Assembly: GCA_030145435.1 (NCBI GenBank)
Contig: JAQYVQ010000188.1
Coordinates: 1-33,498, forward strand
Length of the DNA stretch: 33,498 nucleotides
Direction: 5' to 3'
Source: Syntrophobacteria bacterium
Lineage (GTDB): Bacteria; Desulfobacterota; DSWW01
Part shown: piece by piece, positions 24,996-33,498 of the stretch
Layout: every line of letters begins with the position of its first letter
Numbering within the stretch: position 1 is the stretch's first letter
Translations under genes and position numbers: made by a program
The notes under the pieces: model-generated
Database searches by the model: none
Told to the model about the DNA's origin: nothing
The model's input: the letters and a program-made list of their open reading frames with translations, nothing else

Positions 24996-25571
24996 CTACC
25001 GGGGGGCGTATGCTTCCAGGAAGTTCTTCAAGAGAGTCTTCCCGCTCGTTGTCAAGATGGATTCCGGGTGGAACTGGACGCCTTCGATCGCAAGCCTCTT
25101 GTGCCTGACACCCATGATCTCACCGTCTTCTGATGTGGCCGTCACCTTCAGGCAGGACGGCAACCCCTTCCGCCGAATCGCGAGTGAGTGGTACCGCGTG
25201 GCGGTGAAAGGGTTTTCCAGCCCCTGGTAGATCCTTCTTCCGTCATGTCGGACGCGGGACACCTTGCCGTGCATCAGCCTCGCGGCCGAGTCGATCCGCG
25301 CGCCAAAGGCGAAACCGATCGCCTGATGGCCCAGGCAGACCCCGAGGATCGGCAGCCTCCCCGCGAGGGTGCGGACGGCTTCAACCGAGATTCCCGCGTT
25401 CTGAGGCACCCCCGGACCGGGAGAAATGATCAGATAGTCCGGCCTCGCCCTCTCGATCTCTTTCGTGGAGACCGCATCGTTACGACGAACCAGGACCTTG
25501 TTCCCCATTTCCTGGAAGTACTGAACCAGGTTGTAGGTAAAGGAATCGTAGTTGTCAATCATGAAGATCAT
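24996..25571 (-). CDS. trpG: Anthranilate synthase component II (glutamine amidotransferase, TrpG/PabA type)
   Basis: [31 protein letters not shown] and GVQFHPES are present. The ATG at 25571 overlaps the trpE stop by 17 nt. Confidence 0.9.
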   Translation of the reverse strand: MIFMIDNYDSFTYNLVQYFQEMGNKVLVRRNDAVSTKEIERARPDYLIISPGPGVPQNAGISVEAVRTLAGRLPILGVCLGHQAIGFAFGARIDSAARLMHGKVSRVRHDGRRIYQGLENPFTATRYHSLAIRRKGLPSCLKVTATSEDGEIMGVRHKRLAIEGVQFHPESILTTSGKTLLKNFLEAYAPR

Positions 25572-27087
25572 ACACGACACCCTCTTCCCAGTCCTCGGCA
25601 AGGGAGAAACCCTGTCTTGCCCACTGGATCGCCTTGATCATGGCCCGTGCCTTATTGAGGCACTCCTGGTATTCACGCGCCGGCTTGGAGTCCGCCACGA
25701 TGCCCGCTCCGGTCTGCAAGTACAATCGATCACGCATGGCGAGGATCGTGCGAATCACGATCGCCATGTCCATGTTCCCTGAAAAACTGAAGTAGCCCAC
25801 GGCCCCGCCGTAGGGGCCTCGCCGATGGGGCTCCAGCTCCTCGATGATCTCCATGGCCCGTATCTTCGGTGCTCCCGAAAGGGTGCCCGCAGGGAAGCAG
25901 GCCCGAAACGCGTCAAAACAATCCTTCCCCCTTCCCAAACGCCCCTTCACGTGCGAGACGAGGTGCATGACGTGTGAATACCGTTCACAGACCATCAGGT
26001 CTTCCACTTCCACGGTCCCCGGGGCCGAGACTCTCCCCACATCGTTCCGTCCCAGGTCGACGAGCATGATGTGTTCTGCGAGTTCCTTCTCATCCCGCCT
26101 CAGTTCCGCGGCGAGCTTCTCATCCGCCCGAGGGGTTCCCCCCCGGGGACGGGTGCCCGCGATCGGGCGAACTTCCACCGAAGTCCCTTCGACGCGCACC
26201 AGCACTTCCGGTGAAGATCCCACCAACGCGTAGTGAGGGTACTGCAGGAAGAACATGTAGGGGGAAGGGTTCACGAGTCGCAACGACCGGTAGAGCGAGA
26301 ACGGATCGACAGCCTCCTGGACCTCCAGTCTCTGAGAAATGACCGCCTGGATGATGTCCCCGCTTCTGACATAGGCCTTCGTCTTCTTCACGGCTTCCAG
26401 GTACTCTTTTCTCCTCATGTTCGCCTTCACACGCAGTTTCCCGCCCGTCTTTTGCGGCGCCTTCGGACGCAAAGGGGCCCGCAGCCGTTGAACGGTCTTC
26501 TCGATCCTCTCCACCGTTGCCTGATAGGCCTCTTTCGGGTTCGCGTGGTCCGGCAGGTAGCAGCAGGAGACCACGCGGATCGTGTGGCTGATGTTGTCGA
26601 AGATGAGCAGGCATTCGGGGATGACCATGTAGATGTCCCATACGTCGAGGACCTGCTCCGCCCGTTCCGGGAGGCGCTCGAAGAACCGGACGGTGTCGTA
26701 CCCCAAATACCCCACGGCGCCTCCGTAGAACCGGGGCATATCGGCGCTGGACACGGGCCGGTATCGCCTCATGAAATCCCGAAAGGCAAAGAACGGGTCT
26801 TCCACCTCCTCGCGGCGTCGCCTTCCCCCTTTCTCCACCACCTCGATTTGACGGCCCCTGCACCGGAACACCGACGCAGCGCCCGTGCCCAGAAAGCTGA
26901 ACCGTGCCCATCTCTCCCCCCCTTCGACGCTCTCCAACAGAAAGCCGTGAGTCCCCGGGTTGAGCTTCAGGTAGGCGGAGACCGGCGTATCCTGATCGGC
27001 CAGGATCTCGCACGATACGGGCACCAGGTTGCCCTTTCGTAGGAGAGCGCTGAACTCCGAAAAGGACGGGCGTATGGAGAGGTTCAT
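25555..27087 (-). CDS. trpE: Anthranilate synthase component I
   Basis: 510 aa. It contains LLESVEGGERWARFSF, GAVGYLGYD, RGPYGGAVGYFS and GAGIVADS. A strong SD (AGGAGGAG) lies 5 nt upstream of the ATG. Confidence 0.95.
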   Translation of the reverse strand: MNLSIRPSFSEFSALLRKGNLVPVSCEILADQDTPVSAYLKLNPGTHGFLLESVEGGERWARFSFLGTGAASVFRCRGRQIEVVEKGGRRRREEVEDPFFAFRDFMRRYRPVSSADMPRFYGGAVGYLGYDTVRFFERLPERAEQVLDVWDIYMVIPECLLIFDNISHTIRVVSCCYLPDHANPKEAYQATVERIEKTVQRLRAPLRPKAPQKTGGKLRVKANMRRKEYLEAVKKTKAYVRSGDIIQAVISQRLEVQEAVDPFSLYRSLRLVNPSPYMFFLQYPHYALVGSSPEVLVRVEGTSVEVRPIAGTRPRGGTPRADEKLAAELRRDEKELAEHIMLVDLGRNDVGRVSAPGTVEVEDLMVCERYSHVMHLVSHVKGRLGRGKDCFDAFRACFPAGTLSGAPKIRAMEIIEELEPHRRGPYGGAVGYFSFSGNMDMAIVIRTILAMRDRLYLQTGAGIVADSKPAREYQECLNKARAMIKAIQWARQGFSLAEDWEEGVVYDLHD

Positions 27088-27701
27088 AAGTTCTCCTCCT
27101 TCTTCCCCACGGGTCGGATCAGGATATCCTTGTACCCCTCCCTCTGTTCGAGACGTTCTTTGACCTCCGCGGCCATCTCCGCACTCGGTAACGGTCCCAC
27201 AAAGACCCTCGAATACCCGCCATCCGCCCCGGAGGGATCGGACGCACGGAGGAAACAGCGGTATCCTTTCTTCCGCAGTTCCCGTACGAGATGTTCCGCA
27301 CGCTCCGGTTCACGGAAAGAGGCGATCTGAAGCACCGCGACTCCGGCTTGCCCGTCCTCGGCGGACGGCTTCGACAGCGCCTCCGTCGGGCGGGCCTTCG
27401 GGGCGACGGACGGGCGCCCCACACCTACTTCCTCATCAGGGGCCGTCAGGGACTCCTCGAAGGAAAGAACCGGGAGTTCTTCCTCGGCCACGACACTTTC
27501 GTCGGCCCTGTATACTCTCCGAATCTCCCGCATCTGCTCCGTGCGTCCCACCAGGATGCCCACATAGAATGCCAGGCCTGAAACGCCAACCCAGATGAAG
27601 AACAGGCAGAGGAGTGAAAGGGGAGAAAAACGGATCTCTGTAGGACGCCTTTTGGTCGCCTTCCCCATCTCGTGGCCCCGCCAGAGTGTACCCTCATCCA
27701 T
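27084..27701 (-). CDS. SPOR domain-containing membrane protein
   Basis: It has an N-terminal TM helix (LSLLCLFFIWVGVSGLAFYVGILVG), a low-complexity linker and a C-terminal SPOR-like domain (VAVLQIASFREPERAEHLVRELRKKGY...YSRVFVGPL.S...A). The stop overlaps the trpE ATG (ATGA). An alternative start lies at 27668. Confidence 0.75.
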   Translation of the reverse strand: MDEGTLWRGHEMGKATKRRPTEIRFSPLSLLCLFFIWVGVSGLAFYVGILVGRTEQMREIRRVYRADESVVAEEELPVLSFEESLTAPDEEVGVGRPSVAPKARPTEALSKPSAEDGQAGVAVLQIASFREPERAEHLVRELRKKGYRCFLRASDPSGADGGYSRVFVGPLPSAEMAAEVKERLEQREGYKDILIRPVGKKEENL

Positions 27702-27708
27702 CTCTCAA

Positions 27709-27723
27709 AATCCGAGTCGGATT
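27709..27723. promoter_or_regulatory. Perfect 7-1-7 palindrome AATCCGA-G-TCGGATT immediately upstream of the SPOR-trpEG operon
   Basis: Direct reading. It lies 8 nt upstream of the ATG at 27701 on the minus strand. It could be an operator or an RBS-proximal hairpin; its function is unknown. Confidence 0.25.
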
Positions 27724-27805
27724 GTATCCCAACATTCCGACCCGGTCAATTTTGGCATCCATGTGCACACCCTTCGCTGGCTGGACCCAATCATGCCATT
27801 GTGTT

Positions 27806-27935
27806 GGCTATTCGGCTATTAGCCATTAGCTGTTAGCTCCCAACCACACCCCACCAGGACTGTCGGTCGTCCTCCTCCTCGTCCTCGTCGAACGGAAGGG
27901 GTGGGCTAATTGCTAAAAGCTAATGGCCAACAGCC
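27806..27935 (+). repeat. Mosaic palindromic intergenic element, copy E6 (with a TCCTCG-type module in the loop)
   Basis: Sequence reads GGC-TATTC-GGC-TATTAGC-CATTAGC-TGTTAGC / TCCCAACCACACCCCACCAGGAC / ...TCGTCCTCCTCCTCGTCCTCGTCGAA... / GGAAGGGGTGG / GCTAATT-GCTAAAA-GCTAATG-GCCAACA-GCC. It lies between the divergent SPOR and M48 genes. Confidence 0.9.
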
Positions 27936-28023
27936 ATCCTACTCGCTTTCCGTCCCCCCTTGTGTCATTCTGGGGGCGTCTAGAGACGCCTGGCAGAAAT
28001 GCCTACAAGTGGATCCTTCAGAG

Positions 28024-29454
28024 ATGTTCACCCATGACCGAGGCAGCCAGGTCTTCTCCCAACCTCCTCCGGAGGCGGTGACTTGGTTCACCCTCCTGCT
28101 TGTCTTCGTTGTCCTCACGCTCGTGTTCCCTTTCGCGTCCCCATCTTCAACCATCGCGGAAGAGGCATCCCCGGATCGGTCCACTGTGGAGGCATGCCCG
28201 GGAGATCCGTCAGACCCCTTGACCTTTTTCACCGAAGAAGACATCGCAACCTGGAAGCAGTACCAACGACGGAAGATGTGGACCCATCTGATCGGGCTGG
28301 GTTCGATGCTCACCTTCTACCTGGTCCTGATCATCACCGGCCTCAACAGGGCCCTGAAGGGGATCGCGGAACGTTCAGCCGCCTGGTGTTACAAGAACCC
28401 GTCCCTGATCCGAATCGGACGACGATGGCCCCTGCTCGCGAGAATCGTCAAGATTCCTGAACATCTTTTCGGGGGAAGGCAGTGGCTCGAGGTTCTTCTC
28501 TACTGCGTGTTCTTCCTGTTTCTGATTCGCCTGTTCTTCTTCCCCCAGGACTTCTACCGCACCTACTGGTACGACCTCCGGCACGGCCTCTCCAACTACA
28601 CCCTGAGTCTCTGGCTCCTCGACTATGCCAAGGGGCTCTGCCTGGGCACCCTCTTGTTCGCCCTGATGGTTTTCGGGATCTACGGGCTCATGGCCCGCGT
28701 AGGTTCGCGATGGTGGCTTCTACTGTGGGCGGGTGTGTCGGTTGCCATCGTCGGCTATGTGGTGATCGCCCCGTACGGATCGCACATCTACAGTGACTTT
28801 CGCCCCCTCGAAAGCGGGGAACTCCGTGATCGGCTGAAGGGGCTGGCCACACGAACCGGGCTTCAGTTGGAGGATGTTCTGGTCGTCGACGCGAGCCGAA
28901 GGACCAAGAAGGTAAATGCCTACTTGAGCGGATCCGGCCCCTCCGAACGCATCGTGCTCTACGACACCCTCCTCGAGAGTTTCACGCCCCGAGAGATCAC
29001 GATGATCATGGCCCACGAACTGGCACACTGGAAGGAGCCGGATGAGCGACGCTCCTACGCGGTCTTCTCGCTGACCGTCTTCTTCGTGCTCGCCCTCGCC
29101 AATTTTATCCTGAAACGTGGCACCCGATTCCGCCGGCTCCACTATTCCTCCCCAAAAGACGTGGCAGGCCTCCCGGTTCTCTTCTTGACCTTCTTCGTCG
29201 CCTTCCAGGTCCTGCGCCCCGCCAACCTCACCTGGAAACGGGCGAGGGAGATCGCGGCAGACAGGATGTCTCTCGAACTCGTTTGCGACCCGGAGGCCTT
29301 CATCACGACCCATGTCAAGCTGGCACGGCTCAATTACGCGGATGTCGACCCCCATCCTCTTGAAGTCATCTTCTTCGCTTCCCACCCCCCCTTCCGCGAG
29401 AGGGTCGAAGCAGCCCTTGCGGCGGACTGCGAAGTGGCCGCTGGCTCACATTAG
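28024..29454 (+). CDS. M48 family zinc metalloprotease (Ste24/HtpX-like, polytopic membrane protein)
   Basis: It has multiple TM helices, the HEXXH motif MAHELAHW and a downstream ...FFASHPPFRERV. I chose the ATG at 28024 because the ORF's earlier TTG (27910) lies inside repeat E6. Confidence 0.8.
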   Translation: MFTHDRGSQVFSQPPPEAVTWFTLLLVFVVLTLVFPFASPSSTIAEEASPDRSTVEACPGDPSDPLTFFTEEDIATWKQYQRRKMWTHLIGLGSMLTFYLVLIITGLNRALKGIAERSAAWCYKNPSLIRIGRRWPLLARIVKIPEHLFGGRQWLEVLLYCVFFLFLIRLFFFPQDFYRTYWYDLRHGLSNYTLSLWLLDYAKGLCLGTLLFALMVFGIYGLMARVGSRWWLLLWAGVSVAIVGYVVIAPYGSHIYSDFRPLESGELRDRLKGLATRTGLQLEDVLVVDASRRTKKVNAYLSGSGPSERIVLYDTLLESFTPREITMIMAHELAHWKEPDERRSYAVFSLTVFFVLALANFILKRGTRFRRLHYSSPKDVAGLPVLFLTFFVAFQVLRPANLTWKRAREIAADRMSLELVCDPEAFITTHVKLARLNYADVDPHPLEVIFFASHPPFRERVEAALAADCEVAAGSH

Positions 29455-29496
29455 CAGTTAGGTCATTCGCTCCCATCCTGACCCCTTTACCTCTGC

Positions 29497-29525
29497 CCTT
29501 GCATTCCCCCACCAAAAATCCTAGC
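29497..29525 (+). promoter_or_regulatory. Putative sigma-70 promoter for rpoH (TTGCAT-17-TAGCAT)
   Basis: TTGCAT at 29497-29502, a 17-nt spacer, then TAGCAT at 29520-29525, about 45 nt upstream of the ATG at 29572. This is a sequence match only. Confidence 0.3.
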
Positions 29526-29571
29526 ATAGAACAAATCGTTCGACGGAAGAGAAACAACACACAGAAGCCCG

Positions 29572-30585
29572 ATGGAATCGACCAAAGACAAAAGGGAACC
29601 GGATGAACCGGAGCCCGAAGGAACACTGCCCGAGTTGGTTGACGAGTCATCGCCGCCGAAGCAGAAGGCTAAGCCTGGCAAGTCCTCTGACGCCCCCGAG
29701 ACCGCCCTCGTACGCCCCTCTGCGCTCCAACTCTATCTGTCCAAGCTAGGCAAATACCCGATTCTCTCGCCGGAGGAAGAACACAAGCTGGCGGTCGCCT
29801 ACCTCGAGGAAGACGACCGCGAGGCTGCCTACCAGCTTGTCACCTCGAACCTCCGCTTGGTCGTGAAAATCGCCCTCGAGTTTCAGAGAACCTGGATGAA
29901 CAATCTCCTGGATCTCATCCAGGAGGGCAACATCGGCCTGATGCAGGCCGTAAAGAAATTCGACCCCTACCGAGGGATCCGTCTCAGCTCCTACGCCTCT
30001 TTCTGGATCAAGGCCTACATCCTCAAGTTCATCCTCGACAACTGGAGGCTCGTAAAGATCGGCAAGACGCAGGCAGAGAGGAAGCTCTTCTACAACCTCT
30101 ACAAGGAGAAAGAGCGCCTCCATCAACTCGGTTACGACCCCGGCCCCAAGTTGATCGCGCAGCGACTGAACGTCAAAGAGGAAGATGTCATCAAGATGGA
30201 CCAGCGGCTTGGGTCCTGGGAGGTCTCCCTCGAAAAGCCGATCAACGACGACTCCTCGTCCAGGTCCGTCAAGGATTTACTGCCAGGGCCTACCAAGCCG
30301 GCAGACGAGAGGCTGGGGGATAATCAGCTTCGGAGCTTGATCGGGGAAAAGCTTCAGGCCTTCCGCGACACCCTCGAGGGGAGAGAACGGGAGATCTTCG
30401 ACGAACGCCTCATGGCACAGAAACCGCTCACCCTCAAAGAGCTGGGGGATCGTTACGGGATCACGAAGGAGAGGACTCGACAGCTCGAGGCCCGCCTTCT
30501 GGAGAAGATCCGGGACCACCTCGTCCGGGAAATTCCGGACGCGGAAGAGATCATCCCCGAGTTCTTGACCAGCATCTCCTCGTAA
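29572..30585 (+). CDS. rpoH: RNA polymerase sigma factor RpoH (sigma-32 type) with an acidic/Pro-rich N-terminal extension
   Basis: Sigma-70 regions 2-4 are present (NLRLVVKIALEF, DLIQEGNIGLMQAVKKFDP, LSSYASFWIKAYI), together with an RpoH-box-like QAERKLFYNLYKEK. The C-terminal HTH reads LGDRYGITKERTRQLEARLLEKIR. Confidence 0.85.
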   Translation: MESTKDKREPDEPEPEGTLPELVDESSPPKQKAKPGKSSDAPETALVRPSALQLYLSKLGKYPILSPEEEHKLAVAYLEEDDREAAYQLVTSNLRLVVKIALEFQRTWMNNLLDLIQEGNIGLMQAVKKFDPYRGIRLSSYASFWIKAYILKFILDNWRLVKIGKTQAERKLFYNLYKEKERLHQLGYDPGPKLIAQRLNVKEEDVIKMDQRLGSWEVSLEKPINDDSSSRSVKDLLPGPTKPADERLGDNQLRSLIGEKLQAFRDTLEGREREIFDERLMAQKPLTLKELGDRYGITKERTRQLEARLLEKIRDHLVREIPDAEEIIPEFLTSISS

Positions 30586-30599
30586 ACGAGCCTTCGGGT

Positions 30600-31538
30600 C
30601 TACCCCTCGGAAGGAATCTCCTCCTCAAAATACCCCTCCTGGATCTCCACGTTCGCCTGCTCCCGAAGTTCCTCAGCGAGAGTTTGACGAACCTCCCGTC
30701 GCCTCGCCGATTCGAGCTGGCGGACAATCCGGTCCTTCACTTCCTCCAGAGAGAGTTCCTGGGCCGGCTGACGCCCCGTCAGCTCGATAATGTGAAACCC
30801 GAACTTGGTCCGCACGAGATCACTTTCGTCCCCCACGTCCTTCAAGGAGAAGGCGATCTCTTCGAACTCGGGAACCATTCTGCCCCGGGAGAAATACCCC
30901 AGGTCCCCTCCTCTGCTGGCGGCCGGTCCTTCGGAATACTCCTTGGCAAGAACGGCGAAGTCCTCCCCGGCCTTTACCCGGTTCAGGGCCTCTTGAGCCT
31001 TCTGTTTCGCCGCCGCCTCCTTCTCCGGGCCAGCGTTCGGAGGCAACAGAATCAGTATCTGACTGGCCCGGATGCGCTCCTTCTGCTGAAACCGGTCCTT
31101 GTGTTCCTGATAGTAGGCCAGGATCTCCTCGTCCCCAACCTTGGACCTCTCACTGGCGATCTCCCGGTACAGCTTCTCCGTTATCAGACGATTCCTGTAC
31201 CGATCGACCTTTGCCTGTATCTCTTCGTCCTGGTCCAGTTTTCTCTTTTCAGCCTCCTGAAGGAGGAGGACTTCGTCGATCATCTTTTCCAAGTGCTTCT
31301 GCTTCTGCTCCGTCGTGTTCATTCGTTTCTGCGTATACTCGGGCAAAGAGGTGAGCTCGCTTTCGAAATCATCCACCGTGATGATCTCTCCCCCCACCTT
31401 TGCCAACACGGGACCCTCCTTCTTGGCGACATCCTTGGCGGGTGAACTCCCGGGGGACACCGGCGTCTCAGACTTGCACGAAGACAGCACACACACCCAG
31501 GCCATCAAGCAAAGAAATACCGTTTTTCTTCCGAGCAT
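30600..31538 (-). CDS. Parvulin-type peptidyl-prolyl cis-trans isomerase lipoprotein (PrsA/SurA-like)
   Basis: The ATG at 31536-31538 begins MLGRKTVFLCLMAWVCVLSSC, which contains a lipobox. A SurA-N-like helical region follows, then the PpiC domain (ASQILIL...GGDLGYFSRGRMVPEFEE.AF......TKFGFHIIE). The upstream 110 codons of the ORF are rejected. Confidence 0.8.
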   Translation of the reverse strand: MLGRKTVFLCLMAWVCVLSSCKSETPVSPGSSPAKDVAKKEGPVLAKVGGEIITVDDFESELTSLPEYTQKRMNTTEQKQKHLEKMIDEVLLLQEAEKRKLDQDEEIQAKVDRYRNRLITEKLYREIASERSKVGDEEILAYYQEHKDRFQQKERIRASQILILLPPNAGPEKEAAAKQKAQEALNRVKAGEDFAVLAKEYSEGPAASRGGDLGYFSRGRMVPEFEEIAFSLKDVGDESDLVRTKFGFHIIELTGRQPAQELSLEEVKDRIVRQLESARRREVRQTLAEELREQANVEIQEGYFEEEIPSEG

Positions 31539-31706
31539 CTTCAGGTTCTCCCTTCTTTTTCGGTGGGATCCATGGGGAAGGCTCGACAAACAAGAGAGGG
31601 CCTCGGACCCGAGGCCCGGCAGCCGAACCTCCTTCTCTGTAGCACAGGACCCCGGCGAAAGGCAATCAGGGCGCGCCGGCGAGTCCCGTCTCGTCCCCGT
31701 CCTCCT

Positions 31707-31738
31707 CCCTTGAAACCGAAACTGAAAATGCTTAGAGT
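31707..31738 (+). promoter_or_regulatory. Possible sigma-32-type promoter upstream of the J-protein pair (-35 CCCTTGAAA)
   Basis: CCCTTGAAA at 31707-31715 matches the sigma-32 -35 consensus (CCCTTGAA). The candidate -10 region, GCTTAGAGT at 31730-31738, only partly matches CCCCATNT / CYTATNT. It lies ~45-75 nt upstream of the ATG at 31784. Confidence 0.3.
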
Positions 31739-31783
31739 AAACGAAACAAGGGATGTTCGCTTCTCGCAAGCCGGAAAGACGCC

Positions 31784-32617
31784 ATGATTCGTGACCTATA
31801 TCGAACGCTCGAGGTTTCCCCGGAAGCAAATGAGGAGGAAGTGAAACGATCCTACCGGCGCCTCGCACTCCTCTATCACCCGGACAGAAACCAGGCCGGA
31901 GTGGAAGCGGAGGACCGATTCAAAGAGGCCGCCTATGCGTACTCGATCCTCGGCGACAGAGACAAGAGAAAGCGATACGACCTGTATCGGGAATTCATGA
32001 AGCAGTCGGCCCGGTGGGGCATACCCCCCTCCCCTTCCCAAGAGAGAATCCTGAACGACCTCTTTCTGGACCCGAAGCTTCCCGGCCTGGGAAGGTGGCT
32101 CGAGGAAATCCTCAGCACCAAGGAGATCTCAGGCAACGGCCGAACTTTCTGGACCCTTTCCAGAGCAACCCTCCAGCTCCTCCGTGAGCTCTATCAAGAA
32201 GAGAAGAAAAGAAGTGACCCCTCGAAGAAGAGGCAGCGCCCCCGGGTCGTCTCCTACCCGAAAACCTTACTGAAGAAGGTCGGGAGCGTCTTCATCCCCC
32301 TCGGGAGCGATCGCCGTAGAGTCGACAGGAGCGAGAAGGGCCCTCCTTCCGGGACCACGGGCCCCTCCGGCCCGGGCAGAGCCGGAACGAATCAGGGAGC
32401 TGACATCGAATGGACGCTCCCCTTGACGCGGGAAGAAGCTGCGCGCGGCACCCGTATGACCCTGTCCTTCTTTCGCGATTCCCACTGGGATCGACTCTCC
32501 CTGCACGTTCCTCCTGACACGCGCGATGGGGTTCAACTTCGGGTTCGGAACAAGGGAAACCGCATCGCCTCCTCCGGCGGGACAGGCGACCTCTACCTGC
32601 GTGTGATGATTCGATAG
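31784..32617 (+). CDS. J-domain protein with a single DnaJ C-terminal-like beta domain (truncated DnaJ/CbpA architecture)
   Basis: The J domain reads [33 protein letters not shown]...KRKRYD. A charged linker follows. The C-terminus [25 protein letters not shown]....[20 protein letters not shown]....[12 protein letters not shown] matches only CTD-I of DnaJ. Confidence 0.8.
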   Translation: MIRDLYRTLEVSPEANEEEVKRSYRRLALLYHPDRNQAGVEAEDRFKEAAYAYSILGDRDKRKRYDLYREFMKQSARWGIPPSPSQERILNDLFLDPKLPGLGRWLEEILSTKEISGNGRTFWTLSRATLQLLRELYQEEKKRSDPSKKRQRPRVVSYPKTLLKKVGSVFIPLGSDRRRVDRSEKGPPSGTTGPSGPGRAGTNQGADIEWTLPLTREEAARGTRMTLSFFRDSHWDRLSLHVPPDTRDGVQLRVRNKGNRIASSGGTGDLYLRVMIR

Positions 32618-32630
32618 AAGGGGATCTGCC

Positions 32631-33498
32631 ATGGCAGCTGAAAAGGACTACTACAGCATTCTCGGCGTCGCCAAGAACGCAACGCCGGCCGTGATCAAGA
32701 AGCAGTACCGGAAACTCGCCATGGAATACCACCCGGACCGGAACAAAGACGACAAACAGGCAGAGGAAAAGTTCAAGGCCATCAATGAGGCCTATGCCGT
32801 CCTCTCCGACCCGAAGAAGAGGAAGCAGTACGACACATTCGGTTCCGCCAGGTTCCACCAACGCTTCAGTCAGGAAGACATCTTCCAGGGCTTCGACATC
32901 GGCGACATTCTGAAGGATTTCGGTTTCACAACCGACGACGTCTTCGGCAGCATGTTCGGCAGGGGAAGAACGGGCGGCGGGAGGACGGGCAGACGGCAAC
33001 GCAGCCCTTTCGGCGCCGGCCAGGGATTCGATTTTCAGGACATCTTCAGCCAGACCGGCCGCCAAGGGTTCGGCGCTCAACAACCTGCCAAGGGTCCCGA
33101 CCGGACGACAGACCTGAAGGTTACCCTGGAAGAGGCCGGCGGCGGAGCCAAGAAGAGCGTCACCCTTTCAACCGCAGGAAAGAGGCAAGCCCTCACCGTG
33201 AAGATACCGGCCGGCATCCGTGACGGAAACAAGCTTCGTCTGGCCGGAAAGGGCGACCCCGGGCACCCGGGTACCCCTCCGGGCGACCTGTATCTCGTCG
33301 TGCGTGTGCAGCCGCACCCTGTCTTCCGGAGGGAGGACAATCACCTGCATCTCGAAAAAGAAATCAAACTCTCGGAAGCGCTTCTCGGCACGACCATCGA
33401 GGTGCCGACCCTCCTGGAAAAGCCCCGGAAGGTCAAGATCCCGCCCGGAACCCAGCCGGGCGCCAAGATCCGCCTGCCGGGCCTGGGCATGCCGGGCG
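32631..33498 (+). CDS. cbpA: CbpA-type DnaJ-class chaperone (J domain, G/F-rich region, CTD; no Zn finger), 3'-truncated by the window end
   Basis: The ATG at 32631 begins [41 protein letters not shown]...KKRKQYD. A G/F-rich linker follows, then [19 protein letters not shown]....[19 protein letters not shown]......[20 protein letters not shown]. No CxxCxGxG repeats are present. The reading frame is open to the end of the window. Confidence 0.85.
   Translation, partial: MAAEKDYYSILGVAKNATPAVIKKQYRKLAMEYHPDRNKDDKQAEEKFKAINEAYAVLSDPKKRKQYDTFGSARFHQRFSQEDIFQGFDIGDILKDFGFTTDDVFGSMFGRGRTGGGRTGRRQRSPFGAGQGFDFQDIFSQTGRQGFGAQQPAKGPDRTTDLKVTLEEAGGGAKKSVTLSTAGKRQALTVKIPAGIRDGNKLRLAGKGDPGHPGTPPGDLYLVVRVQPHPVFRREDNHLHLEKEIKLSEALLGTTIEVPTLLEKPRKVKIPPGTQPGAKIRLPGLGMPG

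Noticed and set aside
27975-27990. Dyad GGCGTC-TAGA-GACGCC 34 nt upstream of the M48 start; also ATCCACG-CCTTTA-CGTGGAT at 20946-20965 upstream of the CPBP gene
   Set aside because: Both are real short inverted repeats, but each is a single occurrence with no second copy in the window. Neither has an associated regulator gene or a convincing promoter context. There is not enough evidence to call them operators or terminators.
27910-28023. Upstream extension of the M48 protease ORF (TTG at 27910)
   Set aside because: The start codon and first codons lie inside repeat element E6 (TTGCTAAAAGCTAATGGCC...). The ATG at 28024 precedes the first TM segment and is the more plausible start, although it has no strong SD.

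Overview
High-GC (about 60%), very gene-dense bacterial chromosomal segment that is mostly housekeeping. The gene content (MglA-type GTPase, RpoH, Lnt, SPOR protein, QueE) suggests a Gram-negative, Deltaproteobacteria/Desulfobacterota-like organism, but this is inference only. I call about 33 protein genes: nusA (5' tip), rimP, an ftsB-like gene, hisS, a GT2 glycosyltransferase, lnt, an alpha/beta hydrolase, a MoxR/CbbQ-type AAA+ ATPase with a 664-aa partner, an EF-G paralogue, two pcm genes, eno, a BFN-PDZ lipoprotein, archease, acyP, a LolA-like protein, queE, a repeat protein plus an mglA-like gene, a CPBP protease, an FAD oxidoreductase, hom, an aminotransferase, trpG, trpE, a SPOR protein, an M48 protease, rpoH, a parvulin PPIase and two J-domain proteins. 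I saw no rRNA, tRNA, CRISPR, transposase, integrase or phage genes. Five signals stand out. (1) At least eight strictly intergenic mosaic repeat elements are built from tandem 7-bp units (NNTTAGC / GCTAANN) that form long hairpin arms, plus C-rich and G-rich boxes and 6-bp microsatellite modules (TCGTCC, GGGCAC). I do not recognise them as a named family. (2) A MoxR/CbbQ-type AAA+ ATPase is translationally coupled to a large protein whose N-terminus looks TraB/Tiki-like, where a VWA partner would normally sit. (3) A full-length EF-G paralogue lacks the catalytic His and the NKxD motif. (4) An MglA orthologue carries a roughly 260-aa Pro/Ser-rich extension, and a helical-repeat protein sits where mglB normally is. 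(5) Pcm and a bifunctional-nuclease-PDZ protein both carry export signals. All family assignments come from motif recognition by eye; no database search was possible.
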